Assembly (NCBI GenBank): GCA_019244185.1
Contig: JAFATB010000025.1
Coordinates: forward strand, 1 to 64,000
Direction of reading: 5' to 3'
DNA: 64,000 nucleotides
From: Acidobacteriota bacterium
Lineage (GTDB): Bacteria > Acidobacteriota > Thermoanaerobaculia > Gp7-AA8
In this document: positions 60,800-64,000 of the stretch, piece after piece
Layout of the letters: each line of letters begins with the position of its first letter
Numbering within the stretch: the stretch's first letter is position 1
The notes under the pieces: model-generated
What the model saw: the letters and a program-made list of their open reading frames with translations, nothing else
The model's database searches: none
What the model was told of the DNA's origin: nothing
Program-made: the position numbers and the translations under genes

Positions 60800-61405
60800 T
60801 CACATATCGAGATCGTTCAAGCCCTTGTCCGCCGCGATCTCGCGCGGGCGGCTCTCGAAGATGTAGACCGGCGTGCCGACGTCGACCTCATTCCAGAGGA
60901 CGCTCAGCATGTCGTTCGGGAGACGGATGCAGCCGTGCGAGACGCGGCGGCCGATCGACTTCGGGTCGTCCGTGCCGTGGATCATCACGCTCTCGCCGAG
61001 GTCGAGGGCGTACTTGCCCATCTTCCCGCGCTCGAGACGCAGCGGCGAGTCGGCGGGCGGCACGGCCTTCCCTTCCTCGACGAACGCCCAGTCGGGCTTG
61101 TGCCAGACGGGATTGGTGATCTTGCGCAGCACCTGATGCAGGCCGCGCGGCGTGCGGAACCACCAGACGTGGCGGCCCTGCTTGAGCACTTTGTCGGAGC
61201 CGGTCGCGGCCGCGGAGCTGCGGACGAGCTGGCCGTCTTTGAAGAGATACGCGTGATTGGTCGAGACGTCGATGGTGACCAGCGTGCCGGCATGCGGCGC
61301 GTCGGCCGGAAGTCCTTCGATTTCTTCAGCGTGGATGTGCAGCGTCGCGGCGAGCAGCAGCGCCGCGAGCGAGGCGAGCCTGACGTTGGAAAGCTTCAAA
61401 ACCAC
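60800..61405 (-). CDS. L,D-transpeptidase (YkuD family)
   Basis: TPRG, NPVW.KP.W, IHGT...SIGRRVSHGCIRL. Confidence 0.92.
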   Translation of the reverse strand: MVLKLSNVRLASLAALLLAATLHIHAEEIEGLPADAPHAGTLVTIDVSTNHAYLFKDGQLVRSSAAATGSDKVLKQGRHVWWFRTPRGLHQVLRKITNPVWHKPDWAFVEEGKAVPPADSPLRLERGKMGKYALDLGESVMIHGTDDPKSIGRRVSHGCIRLPNDMLSVLWNEVDVGTPVYIFESRPREIAADKGLNDLDM

Positions 61406-61486
61406 CCTCCCATTCGCGATTTCACTGCGAATAACTATTGCGAACGGGAGGCCAGCTGAAGGGGCGGGTGGTGTGAGGTGAATTCG

Positions 61487-61564
61487 TGGTGGCCCCGAGA
61501 GGATTCGAACCTCCGACCCACGGTTTAGGAAACCGCTGCTCTATCCGTGCTGAGCTACGGGGCC
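61487..61564 (-). tRNA. tRNA-Arg(CCT)
   Basis: GGCCCCGTAGCTCAGCACGGATAGAGCAGCGGTTTCCTAAACCGTGGGTCGGAGGTTCGAATCCTCTCGGGGCCACCA; paired acceptor stem, TTCGA loop, encoded CCA. Confidence 0.96.
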
Positions 61565-61615
61565 AGCGAGTGCGACGCGCCTAACGTCTCGACGCGCGCA
61601 ACGTTAGCACGCGGC

Positions 61616-63688
61616 TCACTTCTTTCGCGTGGCGGTATAGAGGCCGTTCGGCTGGCTGAGCTCGAGCGTGGTCGGGCTGAGACGCGCGCGGAAGCCGGTC
61701 AGTCCTTTGAGATTGAGCCAGCCGTCGATGTCGGGCACGAGCTCGTACGGCGGCTGTCCGGCGATGTTCATGATGACGCGGTTGCCGCGCAGCGAGAGCG
61801 TGATCGCCTGCGGGCCGAGCTCGTATTCGCCGAGAAACTGCGCGAGGTACGCGGGATCGGAGAGACGCGCGTCCGGCTTTTTGTAGAACACGATCGGCGC
61901 GACGCGCGGCTCGAATGACGCCTCGACCGCGTTGATGTTTCCCGCAAAGTCCGTCCAGAAGTTGTACTTCATCCCCTCGAACGTCGGATCCTTCTCGTTG
62001 CGCAGGCCGTTGAAGACGTCGTAGTGCCAGTGTTCGAGCGGCGTCTCGATGCGGTTGTACGTCGCGCGCAAGCCGTCCGCCGTCGCCGCGACGCGCAGCA
62101 CGCCGTAGCCTTCGCTCTCGTAGTCGCCCGCGAAGTCGGCGAGCGCGTGCGACGGCTTCGTGCCGCTCTTCCGCGCCGCGTTCTTCTTCGTCTCCGCGTC
62201 GGCGTCGAGCTGCTTCACCGCGTTGCGCTTCGCGAGCGCGGTGGCGTTCCAGTCGATGGCCGGAAGCTGCAGCATGCGGTCGGCGATGTGATTCGTCAGC
62301 ACGTCGAGGATGCCGGCGTGATCGAGGTTCGCGAGCGTGACGACGGCGATGCCGTCGGCGGGAAAGAGCGTGAGGAGCGACGAAAAGCCGTCGATGTGGC
62401 CGCCGTGATAGACGCGGTTGTGGCCGCGGTAGCTGTCGATGAACCAGCCGAGCGCGTACGACGCGGGCGAGATCTCCGGCGACGGCGGCAGGTCGCCGGT
62501 GGCGATGACGGGCGCGTGCAGCTCGAGCATCGTGGCCGGCTGCACGAGCTGGCGATCGCCGGCGCGGCCGCGTTCGAGATGCAGCAGCGCGTAGCGCGCG
62601 AGCTCGTTCGCGCTGGAGCTGATCTCGCCGACGGGGCCCATGTTCCCGACCTCGCGGAACGGCACCTCTCGCACCACATCGTGCTCTTCGAGATACGGTT
62701 GCGCGTGATCGGGATCCTTCGAGGCCGCGGCGTCGGTGAAGGTGCTGCGCGTCATGCCGAGGGGCGTGAAGATGCGCGTGCGCGCGACGTCCTCCCACGG
62801 TTGGCCGGTGAGCTGCTCGACGAGATAGCCGGCCGCGAGAAACATCAGATTGTTGTATTGAAAGTGCGTCCGAAAGTCTTCGCTCGCGGGAAGATGCGCG
62901 AGGCGCGCGACGATCTCTTTCCGCGTCAGCGTGTCGTTGTTGTACCAGACCAGATCGTGGCGCGGGAGACCGGTGCGATGCGTCACGAGATCGCGCGGCG
63001 TGATGCGCGATGTGAGCGTTTCATCCATCACGCGAAAGTCCGGCAGATACGTGCGCACCGGCTTGTCCCACTCGAGCTTGCCCTCGTCGACGAGCATCCC
63101 CATCAGCAGCGTCGTGAAGCTCTTCGTCACCGAGCCGATCGGCAGCAGCGTGTCGGCGGTCATCGGCAGGGCTTTCTCGACATCCCGTTTGCCGAAGCCC
63201 TGCGCGTAAACGACCTTGCCGTCGGCGACGACGGCGACGGCGAGTCCGGGCGTGTTCCACGAATGTAGCGCGGCGTTTGCGAGCTCGTCGAAGCCGCTGA
63301 GGCGCGCGCTGGGATCCGCTTTCGCGGCGCGGTGCAGCGCGAACGGGAACGTCGCGCCGCTCTGCGTGAACGTGCCGGAGAGCTTGTCGCCGGCGAGCGT
63401 GCCGCGAAACATCGGCGTCCCCGGAATGCCGTCAATCCCGAAGTTCACCGTTTCCCGAACGACGTCCACCGGACGCAGCACGAGCCCCTTGGCGTCCTGC
63501 GCGGGGATGTCGATGTGCCCGCGCCAGCGCCCGCCGCTCGTTTCGAGATCGACGGCGATGACGAGCGGCTGGTTCGGAAGCTCGATCGCTCCTTCCCAGT
63601 GCCCTTCGGGCGTGTCCGCCGCGCGCGCGGGCACGGCGGCGGCGCAGAGGAGCAACAGCGGAATGCAAAGCAGCTGGAGGCGTGACAT
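61616..63688 (-). CDS. Secreted serine hydrolase (beta-lactamase/class C-like) with DUF3471 domain
   Basis: Start ATG 63688; signal; SVTK (SxxK), YNN, HGG; LEHWHYDVF. Confidence 0.9.
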   Translation of the reverse strand: MSRLQLLCIPLLLLCAAAVPARAADTPEGHWEGAIELPNQPLVIAVDLETSGGRWRGHIDIPAQDAKGLVLRPVDVVRETVNFGIDGIPGTPMFRGTLAGDKLSGTFTQSGATFPFALHRAAKADPSARLSGFDELANAALHSWNTPGLAVAVVADGKVVYAQGFGKRDVEKALPMTADTLLPIGSVTKSFTTLLMGMLVDEGKLEWDKPVRTYLPDFRVMDETLTSRITPRDLVTHRTGLPRHDLVWYNNDTLTRKEIVARLAHLPASEDFRTHFQYNNLMFLAAGYLVEQLTGQPWEDVARTRIFTPLGMTRSTFTDAAASKDPDHAQPYLEEHDVVREVPFREVGNMGPVGEISSSANELARYALLHLERGRAGDRQLVQPATMLELHAPVIATGDLPPSPEISPASYALGWFIDSYRGHNRVYHGGHIDGFSSLLTLFPADGIAVVTLANLDHAGILDVLTNHIADRMLQLPAIDWNATALAKRNAVKQLDADAETKKNAARKSGTKPSHALADFAGDYESEGYGVLRVAATADGLRATYNRIETPLEHWHYDVFNGLRNEKDPTFEGMKYNFWTDFAGNINAVEASFEPRVAPIVFYKKPDARLSDPAYLAQFLGEYELGPQAITLSLRGNRVIMNIAGQPPYELVPDIDGWLNLKGLTGFRARLSPTTLELSQPNGLYTATRKK

Positions 63689-63778
63689 GGCCTCATTGTA
63701 CGTGCGCCGAAACCGACCCCATCCCGAGCGCGATTCTGGCCTTGCGGTTGCAGTTATTTGGAGCACGGAGGAAACGAT

Positions 63779-64000
63779 ATGAATCGTAACGACCGAACCG
63801 ATGCCGAAGAAGCCGTCGCCAATCAGGCGAGCGGCCTGGGAAATCAGATCAAGGGACGCGTGAAGCAGGCCGTGGGCGACCTCGCCGGCGACCATTCGCT
63901 GCACGCGAGCGGCACCAAGGACCGCATCAAAGGTAAGGTTCAGGAAGCCTACGGCAACCTGAAGGAGAAGGAGTCGGTGCTGGAAGACAACCTCGCCGAC
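63779..64000 (+). CDS. CsbD-family stress protein (partial)
   Basis: GGAGGA SD; QIKGRVKQAVGDLAGD...GTKDRIKGKVQEAYG. Confidence 0.85.
   Translation, partial: MNRNDRTDAEEAVANQASGLGNQIKGRVKQAVGDLAGDHSLHASGTKDRIKGKVQEAYGNLKEKESVLEDNLAD

Noticed and set aside
61487-61564. tRNA-Arg as an integration site for an island
   Set aside because: No integrase and no duplicated tRNA 3' end noticed in the window.

Overview
High-GC bacterial chromosomal window with about 57 CDS and one tRNA-Arg(CCT). Gene content and protein styles suggest Acidobacteriota, possibly Thermoanaerobaculia (inference). Most of it is housekeeping or envelope: mprF with two acvB/virJ genes and a two-component system, era, def, cpoB, bamD, rpe, lon, mug, pyk, aroF, kdsB-pyrG...kdsA, recD2, metK. 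The most unusual region is 1-9.7 kb, a minus-strand cluster of four signal-peptide proteins. It encodes a phage-spike-like protein with a putative autocleaving chaperone, a small accessory protein, and a 2280-aa RHS/YD protein whose shell stops early and continues as ~10 Ig-like repeats, an FN3 domain and a His-repeat tail. A translationally coupled downstream gene, missing from the ORF track, appears to restart the YD repeats after its own signal peptide and a propeptide-like domain, suggesting a split Sec-exported RHS system. The second candidate system is a membrane Ser/Thr kinase-TPR gene followed by two small paralogues ending in DPEIVLEPP (DP-EP self-cleaving-like). No integrase, transposase or CRISPR array was seen. 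All family calls are by motif recognition; no searches were run.
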